Shown piece by piece: positions 39,043-48,401 of a stretch of 64,000 nt of DNA. The notes under the pieces are model-generated. The model was not told the DNA's origin. It saw only the letters and a program-made list of their open reading frames with translations, and searched no databases. Source of the stretch: Rickettsiales bacterium (GTDB lineage Bacteria > Pseudomonadota > Alphaproteobacteria > Rickettsiales > UBA998); NCBI GenBank assembly GCA_028279475.1, contig JANQNR010000005.1:6459-70458 (forward strand), in the 5' to 3' direction. A program made the translations under genes and the position numbers. Within the stretch, counting starts at the first letter, position 1, and every line of letters starts with the position of its first letter.

Positions 39043-39531
39043 ATGATGTCCTCTATAACGATTCAGTCAGCCAATAGAAAAGATATGCAGGCCGTTGCCG
39101 CCATGATGCAGGCGCTGGCACGAGAGGAGGGGGATAAGGGGCGTTGTACGTCAGAAGCCTTGCAGCATCAGTTGCAGCACGGTGTTCCGGAGTTACTGAT
39201 CTATGTTGCAAGTGATGTTGATGATATGATGGGCTGCGTATTGGCGTATCCGGGTTACGATGTGCTCTCTGCCAGCCCCGGGCTGCATCTTAGTGATCTC
39301 TATGTCAAACCGGCCTACCGCCGTCAGGGGGTTGGTTCTGCATTGATGCAGCATCTAGCGCAGGCGGCATTGCAGCGGGATATGCAGTGGATGTCGTGGA
39401 CGACGCTGCGTGCCAATCGCCACGCCACGGCTTTTTATCAGGCATTGGGCGCCAGTGATGTCGGTGTACGCTTTATGGCAATGGGAACACGCGCCCTGCG
39501 GCAATTATGCCGCGAGGTAACGTTCTCTTAA
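39043..39531 (+). CDS. GNAT-family N-acetyltransferase
   Basis: Acetyl-CoA-binding motif YRRQGVGSALMQHL in a 162-aa protein. Confidence 0.8.
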   Translation: MMSSITIQSANRKDMQAVAAMMQALAREEGDKGRCTSEALQHQLQHGVPELLIYVASDVDDMMGCVLAYPGYDVLSASPGLHLSDLYVKPAYRRQGVGSALMQHLAQAALQRDMQWMSWTTLRANRHATAFYQALGASDVGVRFMAMGTRALRQLCREVTFS

Positions 39532-39625
39532 AGGTCTCATGGTATGAAAAAGGATAGAATCCTTTGATCTTAACCCCTTTGCCATACTATGTATGGTATA
39601 ATCATTCTTTATACTAAAAGGAAAA

Positions 39626-41161
39626 ATGTGCGTGACTGACCGGGAAAATATGAGTTTCTTTTATAGAAAACAGGGTGTTGCACTTTTGCTAGCTATCGTG
39701 GCATGGATGGTATTACCGGCATCTCCGGCGCTGGCCGGTAAGCACGCCGTATTAATTTATGATGCCGATTCTCGTCAGGTGCTGCATCAAGAAAACGGCT
39801 ATTCCAAGCGTTATCCGGCGTCCCTGACAAAAATGATGACGCTTCACATGCTGTTTGAACAATTGCGCAGCAAACAGATGTCGCTGCAAACCAAGATGAA
39901 AGTTTCTTCTTATGCTGCCTCGCAGCCGCAGACGAATATTTCCTTGCGTCCCGGCAGCAAAATCACCGTAGATCAGGCGATTCGGGCGCTGGTCGTGCGC
40001 TCCGCCAACGATGTTGCTGTAGTGGTAGCGGAGCATTTGGCCGGATCGGAGAAGGCGTTTGCCAAACAAATGACGCGGCGCGCCCGCCAGTTGGGGATGC
40101 ATCATACGATATTTAAAAATCCGCATGGTCTGCCTGATAGCGGTCAGATTACGACGGCAAAGGATATGGCGATTCTGGGGGCGGCGTTACGCCTGCATTA
40201 TCCGCAATATTACCATTATTTCTCGGTGAAAAAGTTTTCGTACGGTGGCAGGAATTATACATCACATAACCGTGTGCTCGATAAACTGCCCGGTGTTGAT
40301 GGTATCAAAACTGGTTATATCCGAGCGTCCGGTTTTAATCTGGTCAGCTCACTCAAGCATAAGGGCATTAACATTATTGCTGTCGTGATGGGTGGGAAAA
40401 ACTCCCGCGAACGCGATGCGCGCATGGTAAAGCTTTTGGATCGAACCTATACTAAACTGGCGGCGCAGCGGGGTGATCAGGGGTATCAGGTAGCCTTTGC
40501 ACCAACACCGGTATTAAAGCCCGGTGTGCCCGCATCCAAACCACAAGTGTTGGATCAGTTGGTTGCTGATGTCACGCGTACGCTGGATAAGACGGCAACG
40601 TCGGTATCTGGTGTTACTAAGCCAACGCCACCAAGCTTTAAGGTTGGCTTTAACCGTGCAGTGGATAAGCCACAACCGCCGAAATTGGGCATATCTGTCA
40701 ATTTTGACGAGAGTAAGGAAACAGCGGCTAAGCCTCAATCGACCGGGCAGGTGGCTGTGAATGCTCCGAAGCCAGTTGCAAAACCTGCGCCTGTGACGAC
40801 GACATTAAAGTCTGCAGCGCCGAAGAAGCATACGTTGAACTACCAGCTAGCGGCGATTAATGATGATTTCCCGGTGCCCAGCTACGTGTCTCAGCCAAAG
40901 GCAACCACGGTAAAGAAAGATTGGGCGATTCAAATCGGTGTATTCCGGGATACGTCCGGTGCACGTAAGGCGCTCTCCGATGTTGCGCGCAAGGTGCGCA
41001 AGGATTTGCAAGGTGCGGTAGCACATGTGGAGTATGCCGAGCTTCAAAATAAAGGGTTTCATCGGGCGCGTCTGAAAAATCTGTCTCGCAATGAGGCATC
41101 GACCGTATGCAAAAAACTGATTCAAATGAATCAGGATTGTTTTGTCACCCGAATCAACTAA
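39626..41161 (+). CDS. D-alanyl-D-alanine carboxypeptidase (peptidase S11, PBP5/6-like) with a C-terminal SPOR domain
   Basis: SLTKMMT (SxxK), SANDVAV (SxN), KTGYIRASG (KTG), then a P/K/A-rich linker and the SPOR-like WAIQIGVFRDTSGARKAL...FHRARLKNLSRNEASTVCKKL. Confidence 0.88.
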   Translation: MCVTDRENMSFFYRKQGVALLLAIVAWMVLPASPALAGKHAVLIYDADSRQVLHQENGYSKRYPASLTKMMTLHMLFEQLRSKQMSLQTKMKVSSYAASQPQTNISLRPGSKITVDQAIRALVVRSANDVAVVVAEHLAGSEKAFAKQMTRRARQLGMHHTIFKNPHGLPDSGQITTAKDMAILGAALRLHYPQYYHYFSVKKFSYGGRNYTSHNRVLDKLPGVDGIKTGYIRASGFNLVSSLKHKGINIIAVVMGGKNSRERDARMVKLLDRTYTKLAAQRGDQGYQVAFAPTPVLKPGVPASKPQVLDQLVADVTRTLDKTATSVSGVTKPTPPSFKVGFNRAVDKPQPPKLGISVNFDESKETAAKPQSTGQVAVNAPKPVAKPAPVTTTLKSAAPKKHTLNYQLAAINDDFPVPSYVSQPKATTVKKDWAIQIGVFRDTSGARKALSDVARKVRKDLQGAVAHVEYAELQNKGFHRARLKNLSRNEASTVCKKLIQMNQDCFVTRIN

Positions 41162-41201
41162 ATAGTTTGGTATTCATCTAACGCAGTTCGGGGGAATATC
41201 C

Positions 41202-43601
41202 ATGGCGAAGGAACAGAGCATAAACACCGTCGCAGTACTGGGTTCCGGTGTGATGGGTTCCGGGATTGCTGCGCTGTTGGCCAATGCAGGATGCCAGGTG
41301 CATCTACTTGATATTGTCCCAAAAGATGCCACGGATCGCAACGCACTGGCAAAAGGTGCGATTGATAAGCAACTGAAAGCTAAACCGGCTAGCGGCTTTA
41401 CCCATAAGCGCAATGTCAAACGAGTCATTCCGGGGAATCTGGAAGATGATTTAGGGGTGTTGAGTCAGTGTGACTGGATCATTGAAGTCGTACTGGAAGA
41501 CTTGAAAGTCAAGCAGGAGACTTACCGTAAAATTGATGCACATCGCAAATCCGGCAGTATTGTGTCGTCCAACACATCCACGCTGCCGCTGCATGTTCTG
41601 ATTCAGGGACTGCCGGAACCATTCACTCAGGACTTCCTGATTACCCATTTCTTTAATCCGCCGCGTTTCCTGCCGTTGCTGGAAGTGACGGGTGGTGAGA
41701 CCGCCAAACCCGAACATGTTGAGCGTATTCGCGCCTTTGCTGATGTGGCGCTGGGGAAAGGCGTGGTACTGTGTAAGGATACGCCCGGTTTCCTGGCCAA
41801 TCGTATCGGTATTTTCTGGATGCTGGCCGGACTGATTGAAGCGTTGGAATGTGGGATTGGGGTTGAAGATGCTGATGCAGTGATGAGCCGTCCGGTCGGG
41901 ATTCCTAAAACTGGCCTGTTTGGGTTGTATGATCTGATTGGGATCGACCTGATGCCACTCATCGCCAGCGCCATGCTGCAAACTTTGCCGAAGGATGATC
42001 CATTCCGCAGCCTGTATCGTGAGCCGGAGCTGGTGACGGGCATGATTGCCGACGGCTATACCGGCCGCAAGGGTAAGGGCGGATTTTATAAAATGGACAA
42101 GCAGGGCGGCCGTAAAGTCAAGCTGGCCAAGAACCTGCAAACAGGCGAGTATCATCCGGCAAGGCGTTCGTCGCTCTCCAGTGTGAAGGCAGCGAAATCG
42201 GGACTGGCGGCACTGGTTCATCATGACGATATTGGCGGACAATTCGCCAAGGCCGTGTTGGTGCGTACTCTGCATTATGCTGCATCGCTGGTACCACAAA
42301 TTTCCGACACGATTCTCAATATTGATGAAGCCATGCGACTGGGGTTCGCCTGGAAATACGGTCCGTTTGAACTGATCGACCGCCTGAGTACCAAAGAGCA
42401 GGTTGGTAGTGACTGGCTGGCATCGGCCTGTGAGGCGATGGGGCTGGATGTGCCGCTGCTTTTACAGGCAGCACAGGGAAAAACCTTCTACAAGATCGAC
42501 GGCGCCACCCAATATTATCTGAACGTAAGCGGCGAGTATGACGCCATCACCGTTCCCGAGGATGCGTATATGTTGGCCGATGCCACGCGGGGTAATACGC
42601 CTGTCATCAAAAATGGGTCAGCGCAATTATGGGATCTGGGCGATGGCGTGGCGGGATTGGAGCTGATCACCAAGATGAACACCATTGACGATGGTGTGTT
42701 GGAAATGATCTTGCGATCGGTGGAAACGGTTGAGCGCGATTTTACCGGGTTGGTCATTACCACCGATTCCGACAAGTTTTCGCTGGGTGCGAATCTGGGT
42801 TTCTTTATGTATCTGGCTAATCTGGCTGACTGGAAAACGCTCTCCGGCATGATTCGTCACGGACAGCAGGCAGTGATGGCACTGAAATATGCCCCGTTTC
42901 CGGTGGTGGCATCGCTCTCCGGTATGGCGCTAGGGGGCGGCTGCGAAATCACCCTGCATTGTGATGCTGTTGCCGCGCATATAGAGTCCTATCCTGGACT
43001 GGTAGAAGTGGGCGTCGGTGTGATTCCCGGGTGGGGTGGGTGTAAGGAGCTGTTGTTCCGGCATCTAGCACTGGCAGAGCAGAGTGCGCAGACCATTGCC
43101 ACCGGGCAGATGCCTAAACCATTTATGCCGTCCGGGGCGATGCCGTCGATTTCCAAAGCCTTCGAAACGATCATGCTGGCAAAAGTTGCTACATCTGCGG
43201 AAGAAGCTCGTGACCTGCTAATTTTGAATGAAGCAAGCCGTATCATCATGAACCGCCGGCGTGTATTACCGGGCGCCAAAGCGCTTTGTCTGGAATTGGC
43301 CGGAGGTTACCAGCCGCCGGAGTCGCATGCGATTCAACTACCTGGTGCCAGCGCCAGAACGGCCTTATTGATGGCCATTGATGGATTCCGGGCAACGGCG
43401 AAGGCTACTGCGCATGATGCCTTTATCGGCGAACATCTGGCCACCGTATTGAGCGGTGGTGCGACCGATAGCACGCAGGAGCTGACGGAGCAGGATCTGT
43501 TGGATCTGGAGCATGATCATTTTATTGAGTTGGTCAAAACCAAACCGACACGTGATCGCATCGAGCATATGCTGGAGACGAACAAGCCGCTGCGTAACTA
43601 A
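41202..43601 (+). CDS. Long 3-hydroxyacyl-CoA dehydrogenase (FadN-like: N-terminal NAD-binding HCDH domain, C-terminal crotonase-like domain)
   Basis: VAVLGSGVMGSGIAALLA Rossmann motif, ...DTPGFLANRI..., and a crotonase-like C-terminal segment (...SGMALGGGCEITLHCD...). Confidence 0.85.
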   Translation: MAKEQSINTVAVLGSGVMGSGIAALLANAGCQVHLLDIVPKDATDRNALAKGAIDKQLKAKPASGFTHKRNVKRVIPGNLEDDLGVLSQCDWIIEVVLEDLKVKQETYRKIDAHRKSGSIVSSNTSTLPLHVLIQGLPEPFTQDFLITHFFNPPRFLPLLEVTGGETAKPEHVERIRAFADVALGKGVVLCKDTPGFLANRIGIFWMLAGLIEALECGIGVEDADAVMSRPVGIPKTGLFGLYDLIGIDLMPLIASAMLQTLPKDDPFRSLYREPELVTGMIADGYTGRKGKGGFYKMDKQGGRKVKLAKNLQTGEYHPARRSSLSSVKAAKSGLAALVHHDDIGGQFAKAVLVRTLHYAASLVPQISDTILNIDEAMRLGFAWKYGPFELIDRLSTKEQVGSDWLASACEAMGLDVPLLLQAAQGKTFYKIDGATQYYLNVSGEYDAITVPEDAYMLADATRGNTPVIKNGSAQLWDLGDGVAGLELITKMNTIDDGVLEMILRSVETVERDFTGLVITTDSDKFSLGANLGFFMYLANLADWKTLSGMIRHGQQAVMALKYAPFPVVASLSGMALGGGCEITLHCDAVAAHIESYPGLVEVGVGVIPGWGGCKELLFRHLALAEQSAQTIATGQMPKPFMPSGAMPSISKAFETIMLAKVATSAEEARDLLILNEASRIIMNRRRVLPGAKALCLELAGGYQPPESHAIQLPGASARTALLMAIDGFRATAKATAHDAFIGEHLATVLSGGATDSTQELTEQDLLDLEHDHFIELVKTKPTRDRIEHMLETNKPLRN

Positions 43602-43701
43602 CTGGTGCCATACAAAGCCGCGCTGTCTGAGAAAACCCTTGCCCTTCGCTAGTGAATACGTTAAAGAGGACACCCTGCCGCTAATGCGGTATCGAATTTG
43701 T

Positions 43702-43782
<81 letters not shown>

Positions 43783-44087
43783 AATCAATGACTTATAGCT
43801 GGCTTCTCCTCCTGAATTAGCGTAAAATACTCTTACACAGTCCTTACACAGTTTTACACAGGAAAAAGGGTACGGAAATGAGCACGATAAAGCACACTAT
43901 TATGGGAGGTAGACCGGCTTGAACGCGCCATTCAAGATGGTGTTGCTGGGTAAATATTGCAGGCTGAAAACAGATTCAAACGAAAAGGTATGGGTTGGGA
44001 ACATTCTTGCAGGAGTGGAGGTACTTATCATTGTTTCCTCCTACGGTTAATAGTGTTTCCTTTCTGTGCATCAGTACAGTACAACCA

Positions 44088-45266
44088 TCAAAGTTCGGCA
44101 GGATAGTCTACGCCCTCAACACTTTCGAGATAGGTGGCAATTGCCATGAAAGCTTTACGGGGACTTTTTCTTTTATCACCGAGAATCTGTCCATTGTTAA
44201 TGGTGAGAGATAAACGTTTTTTGCATTTTTCTTGTTCCTCTGGTGTAAGCCTTTCATCTTCCATATGAAACGTGCCAGTTTTTTCTTTAAGCTCATCAAA
44301 TTTTTCTTCAAATTCACTTTCGTCTATTTCCTCTACAGCCTCATAAATAATTCTGCTGGCAATAGGTTTTGCATCTCCATCTATAGTCATGATAAGGCCA
44401 TCTATAGAACCCGCGCGCTGCTCTATTGTAAAATATTTGAAATTCTCAGACGGTTGATCCTTTGTTGTTCCTATGTTGTAGACTCTTCCGTGCATTTCAA
44501 AAGAAACACCTCGTGCATATTTTTCTTCTCTACCATCGGAGCGCTTCATATAATTTTCAAATCTACAATAGCGAATTGTGCTGTTAGGTGGAAAAATGCG
44601 TAGTAAAGACTTGGCCACATAAGCAGGGCGATCTGGGCGTGCTTCTAAACGATAGCAATAAAATAGCTTGGACTTTCCTTTGCCATTATCTGAGTAACAT
44701 TGTAGATGTTCTGCTGCTCTTTTGTATGAGTCAGGCCTAACTCTCAGGATTTCTTCACAGAAATCAACTATCAATTTCTCCCTTATTTTGTTTCGTTCAT
44801 CATCAGTTAGCGTATTGGTGTGGAAATCCTCTGATTTGATGGTACCTGACTTGATGCTATCAACCCACTTTCTTGGGTCAAAGAATTCTAGTATATCTTT
44901 GCAAGCGTCCTGAAGTTCTTTGTCTGAATCCAAGTGTTTTGCCAGCACCAAAATAGCAGCATCCATCAGCTCTGTACCAATATTGTGCTGGCTACTCTTT
45001 CCAGTGATAAACTCTTTTACTTTTTCGGATTTATCTGGCCATGACTTACTGAGTGTAAATTCCCCTTCATTATGAAGGGTTTCAATCTCATCAACGATGA
45101 GACGTTGCCATGCATAGTTAGATTTTCTTTCTCTATCTCTATATATAAACATCATGGCTCTAAATAGAGAAAGGCAGTCTGCGCGGTTTCTGGTATTCCC
45201 CCATATCGGGTGATTTTCCCATTTTTCTTTGTGAATTTGACTGGTCATATACAGATTGATTTTCAA
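44088..45266 (-). CDS. Hypothetical protein (392 aa), no recognisable domain
   Basis: Long clean ORF in the most AT-rich part of the island with charged, non-repetitive composition. The start may be the M at 45248. Confidence 0.6.
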   Translation of the reverse strand: MKINLYMTSQIHKEKWENHPIWGNTRNRADCLSLFRAMMFIYRDRERKSNYAWQRLIVDEIETLHNEGEFTLSKSWPDKSEKVKEFITGKSSQHNIGTELMDAAILVLAKHLDSDKELQDACKDILEFFDPRKWVDSIKSGTIKSEDFHTNTLTDDERNKIREKLIVDFCEEILRVRPDSYKRAAEHLQCYSDNGKGKSKLFYCYRLEARPDRPAYVAKSLLRIFPPNSTIRYCRFENYMKRSDGREEKYARGVSFEMHGRVYNIGTTKDQPSENFKYFTIEQRAGSIDGLIMTIDGDAKPIASRIIYEAVEEIDESEFEEKFDELKEKTGTFHMEDERLTPEEQEKCKKRLSLTINNGQILGDKRKSPRKAFMAIATYLESVEGVDYPAEL

Positions 45267-45268
45267 CT

Positions 45269-45348
45269 TTCTGGCCAGAAGATATAGTCTGGCCAGAAAA
45301 TGTCAATGTTATGGTAGGTTTCTTGGCCAAAGTTCAAGAAAGTACCAT
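45269..45348. promoter_or_regulatory. Cluster of GGCC-centred palindromes in the divergent intergenic region (candidate operators)
   Basis: TTCTGGCCAGAA (45269-45280, perfect 12-bp palindrome), TCTGGCCAGA (45288-45297), and TTGGCCAA (45323-45330) inside the larger ATGGTA..TTCTT..AAGAA..TACCAT dyad (45311-45348). Confidence 0.5.
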
Positions 45349-45499
45349 AACATCTTGTTGTCTTCCTATGATACGATATTAAACAGTCCTAAGAAGGGAA
45401 AGGGTCTGAAAATCAGACCCTCTACAGCTGGGCTAGGGAAGGGTATTGGAGTACCCTCCCGCTATTTAAGTTAACGTCATCTAACCGTAGGAGGAAACA

Positions 45500-45790
45500 A
45501 TGACAAACACACCCATCCCCAATGCTATAGACTTTATACGCAGATGTTTCAATAAAATCTGCAACCGTGCCTACATACGCGAGCCGTATTATTGGCTGGT
45601 GTTCTGTACTGCCCGCTTTCATATGGCACATGTGTGGCAAATGACACTGGCAAGCGGCGCGCATGATTCTAACCGTGACATAATTTTATTCTCCCTGATC
45701 GTAGCAACGTTGAATGAGGCGAAGCATGAACTGCCGGAAGTATATCATAAACTCAAGCGCGTTAAAGAATTTATAAAAGGCAGATATTAA
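45500..45790 (+). CDS. Hypothetical protein (96 aa)
   Basis: GGAGGAAACA precedes the ATG, and a strong terminator follows. No recognisable motif. Confidence 0.5.
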   Translation: MTNTPIPNAIDFIRRCFNKICNRAYIREPYYWLVFCTARFHMAHVWQMTLASGAHDSNRDIILFSLIVATLNEAKHELPEVYHKLKRVKEFIKGRY

Positions 45791-45852
45791 TATAATGTCT
45801 CAAATCGTTAGGATAATATTAATATATTTTTCTTAGCACTGTCAATCTTAAT

Positions 45853-45890
45853 GCCCCCTATCTCATAGTATAGAGATAGGGGGCTTTTTT
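45853..45890 (+). terminator. Rho-independent terminator
   Basis: 12-bp perfect stem GCCCCCTATCTC / GAGATAGGGGGC, 8-nt loop, then TTTTTT. Confidence 0.85.
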
Positions 45891-45944
45891 ATAGAAGACC
45901 CTATAAGCTACAAACAGCCCTTTGTAGGTTAGAGCCCCCCTAAC

Positions 45945-46136
45945 TTTGATGTCGATCTCTATGAAATGGACAGCCTGCAAGACTTGGCGGAATCCTTCAT
46001 TGAAGAAGGGCTATTCGGAGACATTCCCGACAACATTCGGCCTTACCTCGATATGGACGCTATCGCCCGTGACCTAGGCATAGATTACACTGAAACCAGT
46101 ATTGCGGGGCAACATTATGTTTATAGATGTATATAA
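45945..46136 (+). pseudogene. ardA: C-terminal remnant of an ArdA-family antirestriction protein
   Basis: Reads FDVDLYEMDSLQDLAESFIEEGLFGDIPDNIRPYLDMDAIARDLGIDYTETSIAGQHYVYRCI*. This resembles the ArdA C-terminus as I recall it from Tn916 Orf18 (...ARYYIEETGALGEVPASLQNYIDYQAYGRDLDLSGTFISTNHGIFEI). The N-terminal two thirds are missing. Confidence 0.6.
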
Positions 46137-46138
46137 AC

Positions 46139-47410
46139 CTACTTCAAAGCAAGGTTAATGGCCCCTATTAGTGAAGTCCATTGCTCGACTTCTTCTTCAG
46201 CCAAATCGGATGCTTCGTTTTCTCGTGTCCACCGGATAAATGCTTTAGCGAGTTTATACTTGGAGAAATCCTTTATTTCAGATTCAAACACACTGACTAT
46301 GGGGCGTTTGGGATTATCTGCCAATTTAGCTTCAATATCCCAACCCAGCGCTTCCTTGGCTACTTTAGTGAGAGTTGGGCGCAACATATCTTCTATTTCG
46401 GATTTTGCTATTTCACCGTTTACATGGTCTTCCGTACGAAGAATGTTTTTGTTTCCCAGCGTATGAACAAGCACTTCTTGTTCGGCTGCTTGCTTACCTG
46501 CATTATCTGAGTCTAACAGTGCAGCCACTTTCAGTTTTTGGGCATGTAGTATGGTTGCAAAATAAACCACTTTGCCAGCCGTATTAGCTGGTACGAGAGC
46601 TATTTTATCATTCAAATCTACAATGCCAGCAGCACGCAGAAGTGCGGCGGTAGCCTCAACATACCAGTAATCAGTTAACCCCTCTAAAATGAGATTCTTT
46701 TTCTGCGTGAATAACGATTGCGCCAAGTCATAGCCCAGCGCTTCCTGCAACGGCAATAATGCAGCAGGGTCATTTGCTGTGACGTTAGTGTGAATTTTTG
46801 TACCTACGTTGCGGTCAGTCATTTCAACTACACGTACAAGGTCTAATTCGTCCGGCCCTACCAAGAATGGTGAGTGCGTAGTGTAAATTGTTTGGTTCTT
46901 TGCAGCTAAACGAGAAATAGTTTTTCTGAAATCACGTTGTTTTAGGGCATGGAGATTCAAGCCCGGTTCATCTAGCAATAATATCGCGTTCTTATTTTCG
47001 CCTTCCGCTTCTGCGAAGAAAACAACAAAGAATGATACGAGCCATTGGAAGCCTTCGGAGCGTTGGTCTAGCTCAATTTCTACCCCCAAATCATCTTCGA
47101 CAACAGCTTTCAAGTATTGGTTATCTGCCCTTATCAATAATTTATCAGCTTGGGCTTTTTCCGGGTCAGGAAACCAAACTTCTCTAATTTCTTTAGTCAG
47201 CTTTACACTAGCAGCATTTAGTTGATAATCCCGTAAAGCACTAAAGCCCTTAACGCCTTTAGGTGCGTTTATTTTCTGCAATGCTTCTAATACTGCTGAT
47301 TTTCCAGCCTCGTTAGGGCCAACCATAATGGTCTTATCATTTTCTATATCGAAATATCCGGTATCTCGAATGCTTCTGTAATTTTGAACTCTTGCCTTTA
47401 TTGCTCTCAT
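46139..47410 (-). CDS. OLD-family nuclease (ABC-type ATPase fused to TOPRIM), compact at 423 aa
   Basis: Walker A GPNEAGKS, signature-like QRSEGFQ, Walker B ILLLDEPGLNLH, H-loop YTTHSP. TOPRIM motifs LILEGLTDYWYV (Glu) and ALLDSDNAG (DxD). Confidence 0.8.
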   Translation of the reverse strand: MRAIKARVQNYRSIRDTGYFDIENDKTIMVGPNEAGKSAVLEALQKINAPKGVKGFSALRDYQLNAASVKLTKEIREVWFPDPEKAQADKLLIRADNQYLKAVVEDDLGVEIELDQRSEGFQWLVSFFVVFFAEAEGENKNAILLLDEPGLNLHALKQRDFRKTISRLAAKNQTIYTTHSPFLVGPDELDLVRVVEMTDRNVGTKIHTNVTANDPAALLPLQEALGYDLAQSLFTQKKNLILEGLTDYWYVEATAALLRAAGIVDLNDKIALVPANTAGKVVYFATILHAQKLKVAALLDSDNAGKQAAEQEVLVHTLGNKNILRTEDHVNGEIAKSEIEDMLRPTLTKVAKEALGWDIEAKLADNPKRPIVSVFESEIKDFSKYKLAKAFIRWTRENEASDLAEEEVEQWTSLIGAINLALK

Positions 47411-47432
47411 AATTCTTGCTCTTGAAAATTAG

Positions 47433-48401
47433 TTAATCCCTTGGCCCAAAGAAACGGTCGCCGTTAAAGTGTATCAAGTGGTCTGGTACGTCAGCGAGCC
47501 AGACTTCCGTTTCCCATGCAATATCTTTGACATGTTTCTTGAACTCCGTAGAGTCGGGAAACGCACTAACATAGACACATCCCGCCTTGCAGTTTTCCAG
47601 CATCTTCTGAAGCTCGAAAATCCGCTTTGGTGACATTGGGCCATGCGAAGTGACAGCTTCAACCAGAAATAGCCATTTCCGCTTGCTATCGTACAGCACC
47701 ACGTCTGGCAGCTTGTCATGGTCAGTAATGGGAATCCCCAGCTTTGCAAGCTGGTCAGCATCTACAAACAGATTTTTCTTTGCGGTATCGCCCAGATAGA
47801 GCGGCTTTGCACCCTGAGCGAAACGCGGCGCAAAATCTTCGATAATGGCTTTTTGTACCTCATTATGCTTTCCCGGTGATAACTCAAAAGTCGTACCGTC
47901 TGGCATGGTAACGGGTACGAGTTTTTTATTGCGTTTCCTGGCATAGATTGCAGACAGTGAACCGTGTGCCTCAACAAAGTCGGAAGCTGCTTTCTGCCAT
48001 GTTTTCGTACCGTACTGCTTAACGGCATCAAGTGCGGCTTCACTGATAGCATAGTGCGCCCGTGGGCTGTTAGTCGGTAATGACGGATCAAACGGGTTAT
48101 ATTCGGCCAGTTGCGCTTGCACAAATTGATGCAGCACTTGCCTACGGAATGTCTCTCGTGTGTTTGGTGCGTAGGGCTTATTGTAATGCTCTTTCAGAAA
48201 ATCCATTACGCCTTTTGTGACGGTGCAGGCTTCACGTTTGGCATTTTTCCACGCTTCATCAGGCTTCAGGCCACAGAGAGCAATCAGCGTCAGCGCCGCC
48301 ATTTCATTTTGTTGTGCAGGCGGTAGACCTAACGCTTTGAGGATTATTTGTGCGTCTTCGACTTTAGGCATATTCAGCTTCCCGGTTTTCTTGGTGTTCA
48401 T
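47433..48401 (-). CDS. Type II restriction endonuclease, BsuBI/PstI family
   Basis: 322 aa. ELSPGKHNEVQKAIIEDFAPRF... and ...PDVVLYDSKRKWLFLVEAVTSHGPMSPKR resemble the BsuBI/PstI family as I recall it. It overlaps the methylase gene by 38 nt. Confidence 0.7.
   Translation of the reverse strand: MNTKKTGKLNMPKVEDAQIILKALGLPPAQQNEMAALTLIALCGLKPDEAWKNAKREACTVTKGVMDFLKEHYNKPYAPNTRETFRRQVLHQFVQAQLAEYNPFDPSLPTNSPRAHYAISEAALDAVKQYGTKTWQKAASDFVEAHGSLSAIYARKRNKKLVPVTMPDGTTFELSPGKHNEVQKAIIEDFAPRFAQGAKPLYLGDTAKKNLFVDADQLAKLGIPITDHDKLPDVVLYDSKRKWLFLVEAVTSHGPMSPKRIFELQKMLENCKAGCVYVSAFPDSTEFKKHVKDIAWETEVWLADVPDHLIHFNGDRFFGPRD

Noticed and set aside
41451-42299. 282-aa minus-strand ORF inside the FadN-like gene. 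Similar antisense ORFs lie at 32837-33499 (hflK), 37207-37863 (flagellin), 7489-8034 (DASS permease) and 34986-35501 (degP).
   Set aside because: All lie opposite genes with strong family motifs and have biased, motif-free composition, so I treat them as non-coding shadow frames.
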